From: Chiloscyllium plagiosum
Lineage: Eukaryota
NCBI RefSeq assembly: GCF_004010195.1
Contig: NC_057718.1
Coordinates: 64,423,637 to 64,487,636 of the forward strand
Direction: 5' to 3'
DNA length: 64,000 nt
In this document: positions 1 through 12,610 of the stretch, piece after piece
How positions within the stretch are numbered: the stretch's first letter is position 1
Layout: each line of letters opens with the position of its first letter
Notes under the pieces: generated by a model
The model's input: only the letters and a program-made list of their open reading frames with translations
What the model was told of the DNA's origin: nothing
Database searches by the model: none
Made by a program: the position numbers and the translations under genes

Positions 1-544
1 CAGGCCGGCTACTTGCGGGGCGTTTCAGAGAACACCTCTGGGACACCCAGACCAACCAACCCAACTACCCTGTGGCTCAACACTTCAACTCCCCCTCCCA
101 CTGCACCAAGGATATGCAGGTCTTTGGATTCCTCCATCGCCAGACCACAACAACACGAGGGTTGGAGGGAGAGCGCCTCATCTTCCGCCTAGGAACCCTC
201 CAACCATAAGGGATGAACTCGGATTTCACCAGTTCCCTCATTTCCCCTCCCCCTACCTTGTCTCAGTCAAATCCATCGAATTCAGCACCGCCTTCCTAAC
301 CTGCAATCTTCTTCCTGACCTCTCCACCCCCACCCCACTCCAGCCTATCACCCTCACCTTGACCTCCCTCCATCTATCGCATTTCCAAAGCCCCTCCCCC
401 AAGTCCCTCCTCCCTACCTTTTATCTCAGCCTGCTTGGCACACTTTCCTCATTCCTGAAGAAGGGCTTATGCCCGAAACGTCGATTCTCCTGTTCCCTGG
501 ATGCTGCCTGACCTGCTGCGCTTTTCCAGCAACACATTTTCAGC
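1..544 (+). mobile_element. Penelope-like element (PLE) 3' portion: GIY-YIG endonuclease remnant plus pseudo-LTR (family A)
   Basis: Translates as ..RFREHLWDTQTNQPNYPVAQHFNSPSH..LIFRLGTLQP, typical of the PLE GIY-YIG C-terminus. It is followed by a pyrimidine-rich tract and the pLTR seen many times in this window. Confidence 0.85.
455..482 (+). ncRNA. Minimal type-I hammerhead ribozyme motif (family A, intact core)
   Basis: CTGAAGA-A-GGGC-TTAT-GCCC-GAAA-CG-TC: conserved CUGANGA and GAAA boxes, 4-bp stem II, palindromic ACGT in place of stem III, GUC cleavage triplet. Activity not shown. Confidence 0.7.
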
Positions 545-2252
545 CCTTAAAGATCAGCAAGGCTGTCTACACGTGGAACCACAGGAGATAGGGGAGATAC
601 TAAATGAGTATTTTGCATCAGTGTTTACTGTGGAGAAGGATGTGGAAGCTAGAGAACTTGGGGAAATAAACAGCGATATCTTGAAAAGCATCTATGTTAC
701 AGAGGAGTTGGTTCTGGTCATCTTAAAATGCATAAAGGTGGAAAAATCACCAGGACCGGATCAGGTGTACCCTAAAACTTTGTGGGACATAAGAGAAGTG
801 ATTGCTGGGCCTCCACTGAGATATTTGTATCATTGATAGCCACGGGTGAGGTGCTGGAAGACTGGAGGTTGGCGAATGTGGTGCCACTATTTAATAAAAG
901 TGATAAGAAAAAGCCAGGGAACTATAGACCGGTGAGCCTGACATCAGTGGTGGGCAAGTTGTTGGAGGAGATTCTGAGGGACAGGATTTACATGTATTTG
1001 GAAACTGATCAGGGATAGTCAGCATGGCTTTGTGTGTGGGAAATTGTGTCTCACTAACTTGATTGGGTTTTTTGAAGACTTGATGTAGAAGATTGATGAA
1101 AGCAGAGCAGTGGATGTTGTCCATACGGACTTCAATAAGGCATTCCACAAGGTTTCGCAGACTGGTTAACAAGGAGAACTAACCATTTGGATACAAAATT
1201 GGTTCAAAGGTAGGAGACAGAGGGTGGTGGTGGAGGGTTGCTTTTTGGACTGGAGGTATGTGTCCACTGACGTAAGGATTGGTGCTTATGTCATTTGTCA
1301 TTTACATAAATGATTTGGAAGTAAGTATTGGAGGTATGGTTAATATGTTTGCAGATGATGCCAAAATTCATGGTTTAGTGGACAGCAAAGAAGGTTACCT
1401 CAGAGTACAACGGGCCTTTAAACGGAAGGGGTGATGGACCGAGGACTGGCAGATTGAGTTTAGTCTAGATAAATGTGAGGTGCTGCATTTTGGAAAGGCA
1501 AATCAGGGCAGGACTTGCACACTTAATAGTAAGATCCTGCGGGGTGTTGCCGAACAAAGAGACCTTAAAGTGCAGGTTCATAGTTCCTTGAAAGTGGAGT
1601 TGCAAGGTAGGATAGGAGAAGGCATTTGGTATGCTTGCCTTTGTTGGTCAGTGCATTGAGTACAGGAGTTGGGATGTCATGTTGCAGTTGTACAGGACAT
1701 AGGTGAAGCCACTTTTGGAATACAGCGTTCAATTCTGGTCTCCCTGCTATAGAAAGATGTTGTGAAATTTGAAAAGGATCAGAAAAGATTTACAAGGATG
1801 TTGCCAGGATTTGAGCTATATGGACAGGCTGAATAGGCTGTGGCTATTTTCCCCAGAGCATCAGAGGCTGAGGGGTGACTTTATAGAAGTTTATAAAATC
1901 CTGAAAGGCATGGATAGGGTAAATAGACAAGGTCTTTTCCCTGGAGTAGGCAAGTCCAACGATAGAGGGTATAGGTTTAAGGTGATAGGGGTAAGAATGA
2001 AAAAGGACCTAAGGGGCAACTTTTTCATGCAGAGGGTGATGCATATATGGAATGAGTTCCTGGAGGAGATAGTGGAGGCTGGTACAATAACAACATTTAA
2101 AAGGCATCTGAATGGATACATGAATAGGAAGGGTTTAGAGGGATATGGGCCAAATGCTAGTAATAGGGCTCGATTAATTTCGGATATCTGGTCAGCATGA
2201 ATGAGTTGGACTGAAGGGTCTGTTTCCATAGTGGACATCTCGTTGACTCTAT
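545..2252 (+). mobile_element. CR1 LINE, 5'-truncated, degenerate ORF2 (RT) with 3' UTR
   Basis: ORF fragments KSPGPDQVYP, WRLANVVPLFNK..PGNYRPVSLTSVVGKLLE, FADD-like motif, RLRGDFIEVYK, and the CR1-type 3' end. Confidence 0.92.
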
Positions 2253-2399
2253 AAAACAGGGGATTGATGCTCCAAAGGGGGATTATTTCAGAAGCCACAA
2301 AGTTGACTAAACGCTGCTATATTATGGTGTCAGTTTCTAAACCAAATGAATCCATAACCAACTGAGTTGACTTAACAGATTTGATCAAGGCAGATTTGA

Positions 2400-2705
2400 T
2401 CATGTCTATAGACAAGAGCTTCAACTGCCCTCTGCAATAAAGAATTCCACAGATTCACTTCCTCATCTCTATCTAAACTAGGTGACCTCTTAGCCTAATA
2501 TTATACCTCTGGTCCTCGACTCTCTCACAGTTGGAAATAACCTCTCCAAATCTAAACTGTCATGATCCATAAGAATCTTACATTTCAATAAGTTCTCTTC
2601 TCAGTTTTCTAAACTGGATTGAATACAAGCCCAACCTACTCAACCTCTCCTCATAAGCCAGTCCCTTCATACCCGGGAACCTTCTTTGGGCTGCCTTCAA
2701 TGCAT
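2400..2705 (-). mobile_element. Old CR1-group LINE 3' remnant
   Basis: Degenerate similarity to the reverse complement of the CR1 ORF2 C-terminal region seen elsewhere in the window. Confidence 0.45.
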
Positions 2706-2759
2706 GAAATTTTCTGACAATGTCTTAGACCTACTGGCCAAAATTGAACCTATCTACAA

Positions 2760-4225
2760 GCTCCCACGTCTTATTGTCTTATGGTAACTTTATTAAATAC
2801 AAAGGAACTTGAAAAGAAGCCTCCAAAAATCCAAAGACTTTGATCATTGCTGATGCAATATTACATGATTATAGAATGTGTATAGTGGATGTGCCAGACT
2901 ATGCTGCAACTTTATCAAAAATAATCATTGACAGCCCATACCAGGAAGATGCAAACATTTATTCAAAAAGACTTTCCTTAACACACTCACGATTGGTCAG
3001 GCACAACAAATATGTTGCAGAAAATTCAAGAGAGGAGGCTCAATTATGTGTTGACAAACATGGGCAGGTTCGCATGATTTGCCTTGATGTCTGGCCAGAG
3101 TATGCTGCCTGAAAGGAGCACTCAAACCTTTTATGTAGGTGTTCCTCTCTTGTGTGACAGACCAAAGACAGGGAACTAACTCTGAAGTTAATTAAACAAA
3201 CGCTTATTTAACTCCTTAGGTACCAATACTCAGTACAAAATGTACATTCATTGCAGCATTTACTACTTACTTCATCTAACTTAACTTCAACGTTCACTCA
3301 TTTTATTTGATTTCACTTTATCTGACTTTAACTTCATTCATATTTAAACCTAAGTCTAATTTAAACTTTATACATTTGAAACAAATACATTTTCAAGCCA
3401 ACTACAGGGAGAATGCCTCATCTTCCACCTTGGGATCCTACAACCACATGGCATCAACACCAGCCTCACCACTTTCTAAATCTCCCCTCTCCCAACCTCA
3501 TCCCCAACCTAACCCTCCAATTGGGCTTCACCCTCTTGACCAGTCCTACCTGTCCATCTTCCTTCCCATCTATCCACTCTATCTGCCCCACTGATTTATC
3601 ACAATTATCTCCCACCTGTATCCACCTATCATCTACTCACCTACCTTCCCCCTCAGCCCCACCCCCACCACCTGATTTATTTCTCAGCCCCCTTCCCCCT
3701 CCACATTCCTGATGAAGGACTTATGCCCAAAAGGTCAACTTTCCTGGTCCTCGGATGCTGCCTGACCTGCTGTGATTTTCCAGCACCTCACATTTTGACT
3801 CTGTAGCTCTTTGTCAACCTCACAGTCATTTCTGCTGCTGGCCACCTAATGGCAAGTATATCCTTAGTAGCCTTGTCCTGCAGCAGAATTTTGAACAATG
3901 CCATTACATCAGTGTTATTGATGACTTTTTGATCTATAATGAATGGTTGGTAGTCCCAAGACTTCTCCATCTGGACATCCTCCAGCAGATTCACCAGGGA
4001 CAACCAGGTATTTCAAGTGTCAGATTGGGACACAATGGTCAGTGGGTGGCCTGGTACTTCTCATCCCCTCAAGCACATGGTCTCCAACTGCACTTTGTGC
4101 CCTATGCAGAGACAGCCTGCCTTTCTCCTTTCTAGCTAGACCATTAGAAATCCTTGACATTGATCTTGTTGAAGATATGGGGATGTTTTTTCTTAACTTG
4201 GTCAACTGTTATTCCCACAAATAAT
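2760..4225 (+). mobile_element. Gypsy/Ty3 pol remnant (end of RNase H to integrase Zn-finger), interrupted by a PLE fragment
   Basis: ..VTLLNTKELEKKPPKIQRL.. near 2785 and DDFLIYNEWLVVPRLLHLDILQQIHQGQPGIS near 3920, matching the Gypsy integrase N-terminal 'IHxGHxG' region. Confidence 0.65.
3405..3802 (+). mobile_element. PLE 3' remnant with pLTR and degenerate hammerhead
   Basis: ..CLIFHLGILQPHGIN.., then the pLTR containing cctgatgaaggacttatgcccaaaaggtc. Confidence 0.75.
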
Positions 4226-4800
4226 TGCAATGCATATAATTCTGGATATACTGTAAGTTTTATAAAATTTAATGTTACATAGACAAGGCATAATTGGAAA
4301 TTGGACACACGGTAAGGACTGGAGTTCATCACCACTTTCTATTTAAATTGGTTTTGTCCTGATTCTCATTAACATTCATCTTTTTATATACTAGGTTATA
4401 TACTAGCTGTGGCTTTTATATACTATCTCTGGTTAACTTCTTTGAGGCCGTGTTGTTCACGCATAGAATTCTTGATGTAGTTGCCTCTGGCAGTGGAGCA
4501 CAATCAGCCAATAGTGTTTCCAGTTCTTTGTAGCCTTGTTTGGAATTGATCATGTTACTGAGGTACTGTCAAACCAAGCGTGAAGCTGAGAGTTGTCTGC
4601 AATCTATTATATTAAAGAAACCTCCTGGAAAAGAGTGACAATTTTCATCTCATCCAACTCAACTATAACTCCACACGACTAGAGAGAGAATGTAGTACTA
4701 TTATTAGCTTTAGACTGGTTGTAGGTTGCAAGATCAACTTTTCTCTCTGTCCCAGGCACTAAAGGTAAGTTTCACCAAGTGTGACAGAAAGAGGAATGAC

Positions 4801-5538
4801 GTGGAGGTGCCGGTGTTGGACTGGTGTGGACAAGGTTAAAAATCCCACAACACAGGTGATAGTCCAACATGTATATTTGGAAATACAAGCTTTTGGAGTG
4901 CTGCTTCTTCATAAAGAAGCTAATGGGGCAGGATTATAGGATACGGAATTTATGGTAAAAGATCAAAGCATAGTAAAAGATCTCTCTCTCTCTCTCTATC
5001 ACACGCACACACACACACTCTTCCCCCCTTCACATGCACATACACATATAAATCTAAGGAGTGAATTTGCATTTGCAGATTTTTATTTGCAGATATATTC
5101 TATTTTGTTCAAAAAGCACACAATCTGTAGGCATTCAGTCCATGTGACATCTTATAAATCCCTACTTTGGAAATAGAACCAGTCTGACTCAAAGTTGGAA
5201 TACAGACAGATTCTAACTTCACACTTTTAATGCATTGTCTGAACTGAGATGTCACTTTTTAAGTAAACCTTAAGTTATCTTGGGAATGTGACTTCAAAGA
5301 AGTTCTGGGATTTACATATTAATGAATTGAAAGCTGCAACCGCATTCTAAGTGATTAAAGACTTAAACAGCAGTCTAGATTTGTTCAATACATCACACCA
5401 TGACACTTTGATCTTTTATTATAAATACTGTGTTCTATAATCCTGTCCCACTAGTTACCTGATGAAGGAGCAGTACTCGGAAAGCTTGTATTTCCAAATA
5501 AACCGGTTGGATTATAACCTGGTATTGGGTGATTTTTA
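4801..5538. mobile_element. Fold-back PLE-derived element (family B) with inverted pLTR arms and a 15-bp TSD
   Basis: AGAAAGAGGAATGAC at 4786-4800 and 5539-5553. Arms ~4836-4965 and ~5405-5538 are imperfect reverse complements. Hammerhead-like core at 5459-5487. Confidence 0.8.
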
Positions 5539-5907
5539 AGAAAGAGGAATGACAAACTAAGCTTGCATCTTCAACCAATAACACAGAAACAATTTTAAGG
5601 AAATTGATTAATCCATCCCACACTCATTCTCTGTAAATCACAGACATGTTGGGGAGGGAAAGGGGTGGAATGTATCGTAAATAATAATGGGGGGGGCGGG
5701 GTGGAAGGGATGTTCAGAGAAAAAGAGTAAATTATATGTTTACTCATAGGAATAACAACTGAGCGTGTGTGAAAAGATCTATACCATAGTGTCATTGATC
5801 TATTACATCTGGAGTTTGATTCTGTAGAACTCTGGAGAAAATGGCCTTTTTTAAAAACCAGCTTCTATATATAATTACGTTCAATGAAAAATAGACTTCA
5901 CTTTACT

Positions 5908-6044
5908 TCCTTCCTGATGAAGGGTTTTTGCCCGAAACGTCGATTTTCCTGCTTCTTGGATGCTGCCTGACCTGCTGTGTTTTTCCAGCACCTCTCTAAT
6001 CTTGGCTCTGATCTCCAGCATCTGCCGTATTCACTTTCACCTAG
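5908..6044 (+). mobile_element. Solo PLE pLTR insertion (family A) with intact hammerhead core and 11-bp TSD
   Basis: TTCACTTTACT at 5897-5907 and 6045-6055. Core CTGATGA-A-GGGT-TTTT-GCCC-GAAACGTC at 5914-5941. Confidence 0.85.
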
Positions 6045-7262
6045 TTCACTTTACTACATCACAGACCTAGTTACTTACCATGGCACTGCATTCCCTGAAG
6101 CTAGAGAGATTCTGATTGACCCTCCAGCCTTGTGAGCCTGGGTAACCAGCTTTGATTGGTTAGTGAACCCATCTCCATTCCAATTAAAGTCTCACCCACA
6201 TGAAGATGTCAACTTTTGTCACTTCCCCACTGCAGGGGGTTTTCTGACCAGAAAGCAAGCTCAACTACTGTTTTGTAACTCGGGAGAAAATTTAGCCCTC
6301 TATTTTAGTAATGATGTATGAGGAATAAATATTCACCAGGACATTTTGGAAAACTTCTGTATTCTTTGCCCACATAATACAATAAGATTACAGTATTTAC
6401 GTCCGTCGCTTACATTTCAGCACTAGAGTTAGTCTCAGTTTCACTTGAAATATGTCTAGACTTAGCAATGACAGTACAATTTACTGTGCCACAGCTAATA
6501 CTGCAGTTCTGATGCTTCTACTAGGTATGTGCAATTTTGCAGACATTTTTGAATGTGCCATGGAAAAGATTTGTTGGCATAATCAAATCTCTGGAGTTAA
6601 ATGGACGCTGACTACCTGGATAAGAAACAAGCCAAGAGATGTTTCTATCAAATTGGAGGGAAGTTGCTGTTTTAAGGCAATATTTCAAAATTTGCAGCTG
6701 ACACAAAACTTAGAAATTTATTTAGGAAACAATGAGCAGAATAACAATAAATTTGAGGAGAGCTTGGACAAATGGGTGAAAGGGGCAGATACATAGCAGA
6801 GAAATATGAATGAGGAGACTCAATATTAACTAAATAGTACAGAGTTCTAAAGGTAGAAAGAGGTTTGGAAACTGAAGAACATGAGAGTTCACGGACAATC
6901 TTTGAAGGTTGATGGACATATCAATAAAGATATTTTAAAAAGCATAGTGGATTCTGGCTATTATGATAGAGGCATTGGTTGCAACATTAGATTACCTCTG
7001 GAAACAGATTGTAGGATAGTGATTAACCTAAACATGTTGCTATGGGGCAGGTTGCACACAAACTTTGTGCTGCCTCCTCACTTTGATGACTTAATTGTGC
7101 AATTAGTGCTAAATGCACTGTTGAGTGACTGCGTGCTTGAGCTGACACTTAAAATTGTGAACAGGTACACTGAGTTAAAACTCACCAACAGTACTGAGAG
7201 TCAGCCTGTGGATGTGCTGGAAGCCATTCTGAAAGTGATTTTGACCTGGAAAATACACAGGA

Positions 7263-7900
7263 ATGATAGAACTTTGCAGAGAGTGTGCTCCAAGATTTTC
7301 CAACTCTTCTTGTTGGCTTGATTCAGGAGGAATTGAGAGGAGATGTAATTTATCCGCAAGGATCCAAGATGCATTTCAGGCAAACTTTACAAAGGCAGCA
7401 GGACCAGGAAGCAATGCCACAGACCTGAATACAGTGCCAAGATGTTTGTTTATCTCCCCTGATCTGTCTATGCCAGAGACTGTATCTCTTTAATATCATA
7501 TTGTTTAATTCACCACCCCAACCATCAACCAACAATGATTATCAATTATGACCTATACAATATCTCACTTTTATAGTAAGATAGTCACTTTTAGTCACTT
7601 AGCTCTTCGTCAGCCTCACAGTTTGCCACACCACAGCCAGTTATTCACCGATGGCATCCACATTACCCAAACATATTACACTACACTCACTGATACATTT
7701 CACTACACTCACTGATACATTTCACACTCCCTTGTAGGATAAGATGTTTAATAATTGGAGCAGCATCTCAGCAGCACGAGACAAGCATGGCTCCATATCA
7801 CAGTGGAGAAAACAGTGATCACCAACAGTGTGGCAGCTATTGCTGAAGTTGTGGCCAATGTGATTCTGAGAACGCATTGAAGATATGCTGATACCTATCC
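7263..7900 (+). pseudogene. Degenerate Myb/SANT-like DNA-binding gene of a Harbinger-type transposon
   Basis: With frameshifts: RECAPRFSNSS..LIQEELRGDVIYPQGS..RT*IQC. This resembles the 'RAPRFS..EVL..RT..QCRK' Myb/SANT-like domain. A possible second exon follows the AG at ~7737. Confidence 0.45.
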
Positions 7901-8063
7901 TCCATTGCATATCCCACTCTACCCTCACTTTTCAATCTCTTCTCATTTCAAGCTGCAAATTGTGTAGGCATCTATCTATTGCCGCAAGTAGATCATTCTT
8001 GTTAGGTACCCTGAAGTATTGCATAACCAGGGATATTTAGCTCTCAACATTGACCTCCTTGGA

Positions 8064-8432
8064 GGCGGCACAGTGGCTCAGTGGTTAGCACTGCTGCCTC
8101 ACAGTGCCAGGGACTCGGGCTCAATTCCAATCTCAGACAACTGTCTGTGTGGAGTTTGCACATTTTTCCATGTGTCTGCATGCATTTCCTCTGGGTGTTC
8201 TGGTTTCCTCCCACAATCCAAAGATGTGCAAGTTAGGTGAATTGGCCAGTGGCCATGCTAAATTTCCCAGAGTGTTCAGGGATATGTAGGGTAGGTACAT
8301 TAGCCAGGGGGAAATATAGGATAATAGGGTAGGGGAATGGGTCTGGGTCTGGGTGGGTTAATCTTTGGAGGGTCAGTGTGGACTTGTTGGACCAAAGAAC
8401 CTGTTTCCACACTGTTGAGATTCTGTGATTTC
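8064..8432 (+). mobile_element. HE1/V-SINE-type tRNA-derived SINE, full length
   Basis: tRNA-like head (ggcggcacagtggctcagtggttagcactgctgcc..gggctcaattcc), V-domain (ctgtgtggagtttgcac..gtttcctcccaca), CR1-like tail. Confidence 0.9.
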
Positions 8433-8519
8433 ATGATTATAACTATGTCTTTGTAATGGTGAGTAGACCTATATCATTTATTTTTATTGGTGCCACTAGT
8501 CTGTCTTTTCTTTGTCTTA

Positions 8520-9625
8520 TTCTTGGAATGTGGATATCAATGGATGCACCAATAGTTACTTTTAGTTGCCCAGTTGCCTTTGAGGAGGTAGTATTGAGCT
8601 GCCTTTTTAAAATGCTGTAGCCCATTTTGTGTAAGTAGATCCACAATGTCATTAGGGAGGGAGTTACAGGATTTTGACCCAGTATCACTGAAAGAATCAC
8701 AATATAATTCCAAATCAGGGTGGCTATTGGTTTGAAGGTGAACTTGCAGGTGGTAATGTTCTCCCCTGTATCTTTGGCCCTAGTTCTTCGAGATGGAAGT
8801 GGTTGTGGGTTAGGAAAGAGCTATCTGAGGAGCCTTGGTGATTTTCTGCTGTGCTTTTTATAATAGTACACACTGCTGCTACTGAATGTTTATGGTGGAG
8901 GGAGTGGATGCTTGTGAATGTGGTATCAATCATTCAGGCTGTTTAGTCCTGAATGTTGTCAAGCTTTTTGAGTGTTTTGGAGCTGCATCCATCCAGGCAA
9001 TTAGTGTGTGTTCTATCACACTCCTGACTTGTATATTATAGATGGTGGACAGGCTTTGGGGAGTCAGGTGGTGAGTTACTCACACAGGATTCCCAGTGTC
9101 TGACCTGCTCTTGTAGCCATTGTACTTATATGATTAATCTAAGTAATTGATGTTCTTACTGATAACCCTCGTGATGTTGATAGTGGGGATTCAGTGAAGA
9201 TAACGTTATTGACTATCAAAGGGTGATAGTTTCATTATCATTTGTTGGAGATGGTCAACACCTGGCACTTGTCTGGTGCGAATGTAACCTACCACTTGTC
9301 AGCCCAAACTTGAATATTGTTCAGATCTTGCTGCATTTAGTTATTGAATGTTTAACTATTGGAGGAATTTCAAATGGTAATGATCATTGTTGTAATTGGC
9401 AGGAAACATCCCCATTTCCGACTTTATGATCGAGGGAGCTCAGTGATAAAGCAGCTGAAAATGGTTGGGTCAAAGACACAACCCAAGGAGACTATCCTGT
9501 AGAAATGTCCTGGAACTGAGAAATGACTGACCTCCAACAATCAACAAACATTTCCTTTGTGCTAGGTACAACCCCAACCAATGGAGAATTTATTCCTTTA
9601 TTCCTATTGACTCTAGATGTAAGTT
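8520..9625 (-). mobile_element. Degenerate non-LTR retrotransposon 3' part (RTE-X/CR1-group; clade uncertain)
   Basis: The reverse strand gives QGSxLGxxIFSCFI-like and IHSLHHKHSVAAVCTI motifs. Same family as 29310-30900 and 37470-38575. Confidence 0.65.
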
Positions 9626-11423
9626 TTGCTTGATGTACGTGCTCAGACTCCTGACTGGTGACTATACATCTTACCAACCTGACATAATTGAGTGTCTGTT
9701 ATGGAGCCAAAACAGGATAGACCATGATCAATTCCCTGGGTTGCAGAGGTATGGACCTCCTCACCAAGATCACCCTGACTGGACACCTGATCATGGCCAA
9801 TTCCCAGGACTGTTATAGGAGGCTATTTTTGACTTCCTGTGCTAATACCTCCTGACTGATAGGTACCTCATGGATGTTGGTGAGGACTGTCTCCCAAGAC
9901 TTTGAGATATGACTACCTGCTTGCTGCAAATGAAGTGTGTTTCCCCCATAAGGTGCTAAAGCATGATTCAAGGGTGAGATTGATGGAGCACAGCTGTACA
10001 GCAAGATATATGTCCCTTTTTCTGAGGACTGCTGACCTGCAATGTAAGCCTCTCTGATTGTGTGATTGCTGTAAGTGTAATGGCAAGGCAAGACTTGGCT
10101 GCTGTGAGCATTGAAGTATGCACCAAGTAAGCAAGGGCAAAGAAAGCAAGTGCGCAACCCTGATATGCAGTTTCTTCCAATTCATGAGCTAGGTCTTTGT
10201 CCCCGTTGCAGCCTTTCAGTGCTTGTTACTGGTGCGCCCTGCAACACGAGTCTGTGCTTTTGGAGTACCTTGCCAATGCATCAGAGAAGTGCCATGACAT
10301 TCATGATGGGTTGGTAAATGTGAGAAGCCATTGTCCATGTATGAAGGGTGCATGAGACTAGTGCCCATGGACAGTGCCCTGAGTTGCAGTTTGATCATAT
10401 GCAACATGGAAGTCCTTCAAAGTAAGTGGCAACCTGGATTCACCAGATACCTGCTGTGTTTATCATGTTCAATTTTCTCAATGTGTTGTTTGTTTGTAAT
10501 GAAGTGAATTGGGCTGTCAATGAGACAAGCATTTAAGCAACAATAATCCCCCTTAATTGACAAATTGCTGCTACCCAGTGAGAATCTTACCATGCCACTT
10601 GTCAAAAGTATAAAAGATGTAACAATACACTCCCAACTTTGAGATTGGTCTTGACAGATATCTCGTCCATTCCTGTAACATTTTTCCATAGCCTACATCG
10701 CTCAAACTCCGATAAGATTCACCTGTGGTGTCAAACAACCTTATTCAGGTTTATTACTAAATACTTGTTTGATTACCATAGAGAGGTAATTAAAATTTGC
10801 ACCCTTCAAGGATATTAAAATTTCCTCATGGAAATGCCCATGGCACAATGAATCAATGTGCTTTCCATTTATTAAAAACTACAGATTATGTTTTCTGTTA
10901 ATACTACAATAAATATACAAAATACATATTTGCTACAAAATCCACAACAGTAGAATAGTATTTTTGAATGAAAGCAGGAATGGACCAATAAAACATTCAA
11001 AAAATGTTAAAAGTACTATTTAGATTGAGGTGAACTTTACAGATTTTCTTTCACAACTGTATGTAATTGTTGCATCTGTTGATTAAAAATAACAATTATG
11101 TTTTGCCCTGAAGAAAAGTGCAATCTATTAATATTCTAGGTAGCATCAATCATTCTGACTGAAAACCTGTTGAATCATTCTTTAACATGGAAAACTTTGA
11201 TCAACCTAGGGTGGATTTTTCTTTGAGGGCAGAGTTAACCTTTCCAATGTGTTGTTTGTTATTTCTCAGATATTCGGTGTATTTCTCAATTTATAATTGT
11301 TTTGAACACAAGCTATTTAGCACATGACAGTTTAATTAATTAAATATTTAATAAGAAACATACTGCATTCATGAATGAAAACCCATTTCCCATTAATTTC
11401 CTTATGTCTTTTCAAGTTTTCCA

Positions 11424-11595
11424 AAGTTAAAAATCACACAACACCAGGTTATAGTCCTACAGGTTTAATTGGAAGCACCAGTTTTTGGAGCGCTGCTGCT
11501 TCATCAGGTGGTTGTGGACCAGGACCTTAAGACACAGAATTCTGTGTGATTTTTAACTTTGTCCACACCAGTCCAACATCGGGTCCTCCACATCA
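11424..11595. mobile_element. Short fold-back PLE family B element
   Basis: aaagttaaaaatcacacaacaccagg.. and the inverted ..tgtgtgatttttaactttgtccacaccagtccaac. Degenerate hammerhead on the - strand near 11478-11510. Confidence 0.75.
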
Positions 11596-11796
11596 ATGTT
11601 TCCATGTTTAAGTAAATTGATTAGCTCATTTAAAAGAATGAAATGTTACCATCTGCAGGCTATTTTAAATAGTATCAATGTAGATCAGTATCAAAACAAA
11701 GCTGTTTAGAATATCGCAATCAGACAAATGATTTAGCCCATCTTGACTGACACAGTGCTTGGGGTTGGGATTTGGGGGTTGGGGGTTGGGGGGTTT

Positions 11797-11912
11797 GGCT
11801 CTTGTGGTGCAGGAGAGTGTACCTATCTCGAAGTCAGGAAACCTGGATTCAAGTCTCATCTGCTCCAGATGTGTGCAGTAACATCCTTGAACAAATTCTG
11901 TCGAAAATATTT
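11797..11912 (+). mobile_element. tRNA-derived SINE fragment (second family)
   Basis: A-box-like tgtggtgcag..agtgt and B-box-like ggattcaagtc. Similar to the - strand copy at ~39030-39128. Confidence 0.5.
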
Positions 11913-12494
11913 TACAAATATACACATAATGTGAGAATGACCTCTGGTTTATGCTATTTGATAGTCTCTTAAATGGTTAAAAGGCTGCCTTGTTTTCAAA
12001 TAGATGAAAATTGACACCAGTAACTATTCGTATAATGGTTTCAGCCACAGCATTCTATAGAATATTTAATCATAATTAACATCACTGAAATTTTAAAGAT
12101 TACTTTAAGTCCTCACCTTAAGTTATTATGCTTTATTGTACAGATATAATAGGTCAGATATGTGCACTTAGTGTCTGTTTTAATGTCATATCGTACTGGT
12201 GCTGATGTAGTGCCATGATACCTTGTCATTACTGTTTTGAGCAAAATTCTCCCAATCGTCATTGCTCCTGCCTGCTGACGCTCTCACTCACTGCTTCTCT
12301 CCCCACCTCTTCCGTTTGTAGCTTGTCTTGTTCCCTTTTTAGCTTTCCACTTTGCTCAAAGCAAAGGTTTAGGAGAGGGAAGCAGTGAGCTGGAGACGTG
12401 TGATAGGAGTTTTGGTGAACAGGAGGATCAATGATTTTGAAATGTGACAAATGGGAGAGTTGGTGAGTGGCAAGGTCAGGAAGCATGGATGGTG

Positions 12495-12610
12495 GTAAGT
12501 CGGAGAATTGCTGAGGGGGAGGAAGCAGTGAGTGGGAGGATTGCTGAGGGGGAAGAAGCAGTGAGTGGGAGGATTGCTGAAGGGGAAGAAGCAGTGAGTG
12601 GGAGGATTGT
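12495..12610 (+). repeat. 33-bp minisatellite, ~3.5 copies
   Basis: Units start at 12495, 12528, 12561 and 12594; consensus GTGAGTGGGAGGATTGCTGAGGGGGAAGAAGCA. Confidence 0.9.

Noticed and set aside
501..545. Recurrent short ORFs beginning MLPDLLRFSS or containing CCWKSAAGQ
   Set aside because: Chance translations of the PLE pLTR, not a gene family.
6881..7321. 146-aa ORF
   Set aside because: Chimera of an old CR1 remnant and Harbinger-like non-coding sequence.
7679..7724. Two-copy ~22-bp tandem repeat and CA/CT microsatellites (4980-5050, 26750-26930)
   Set aside because: Ordinary slippage repeats inside TE relics.
8064..8135. tRNA-like sequences (also 40503, 50340, 11797, 39030)
   Set aside because: These are SINE heads continuing into SINE bodies, not tRNA genes.
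12495..12610. CRISPR-like periodic repeat
   Set aside because: Contiguous tandem units with no unique spacers and no cas genes, in a eukaryotic context.
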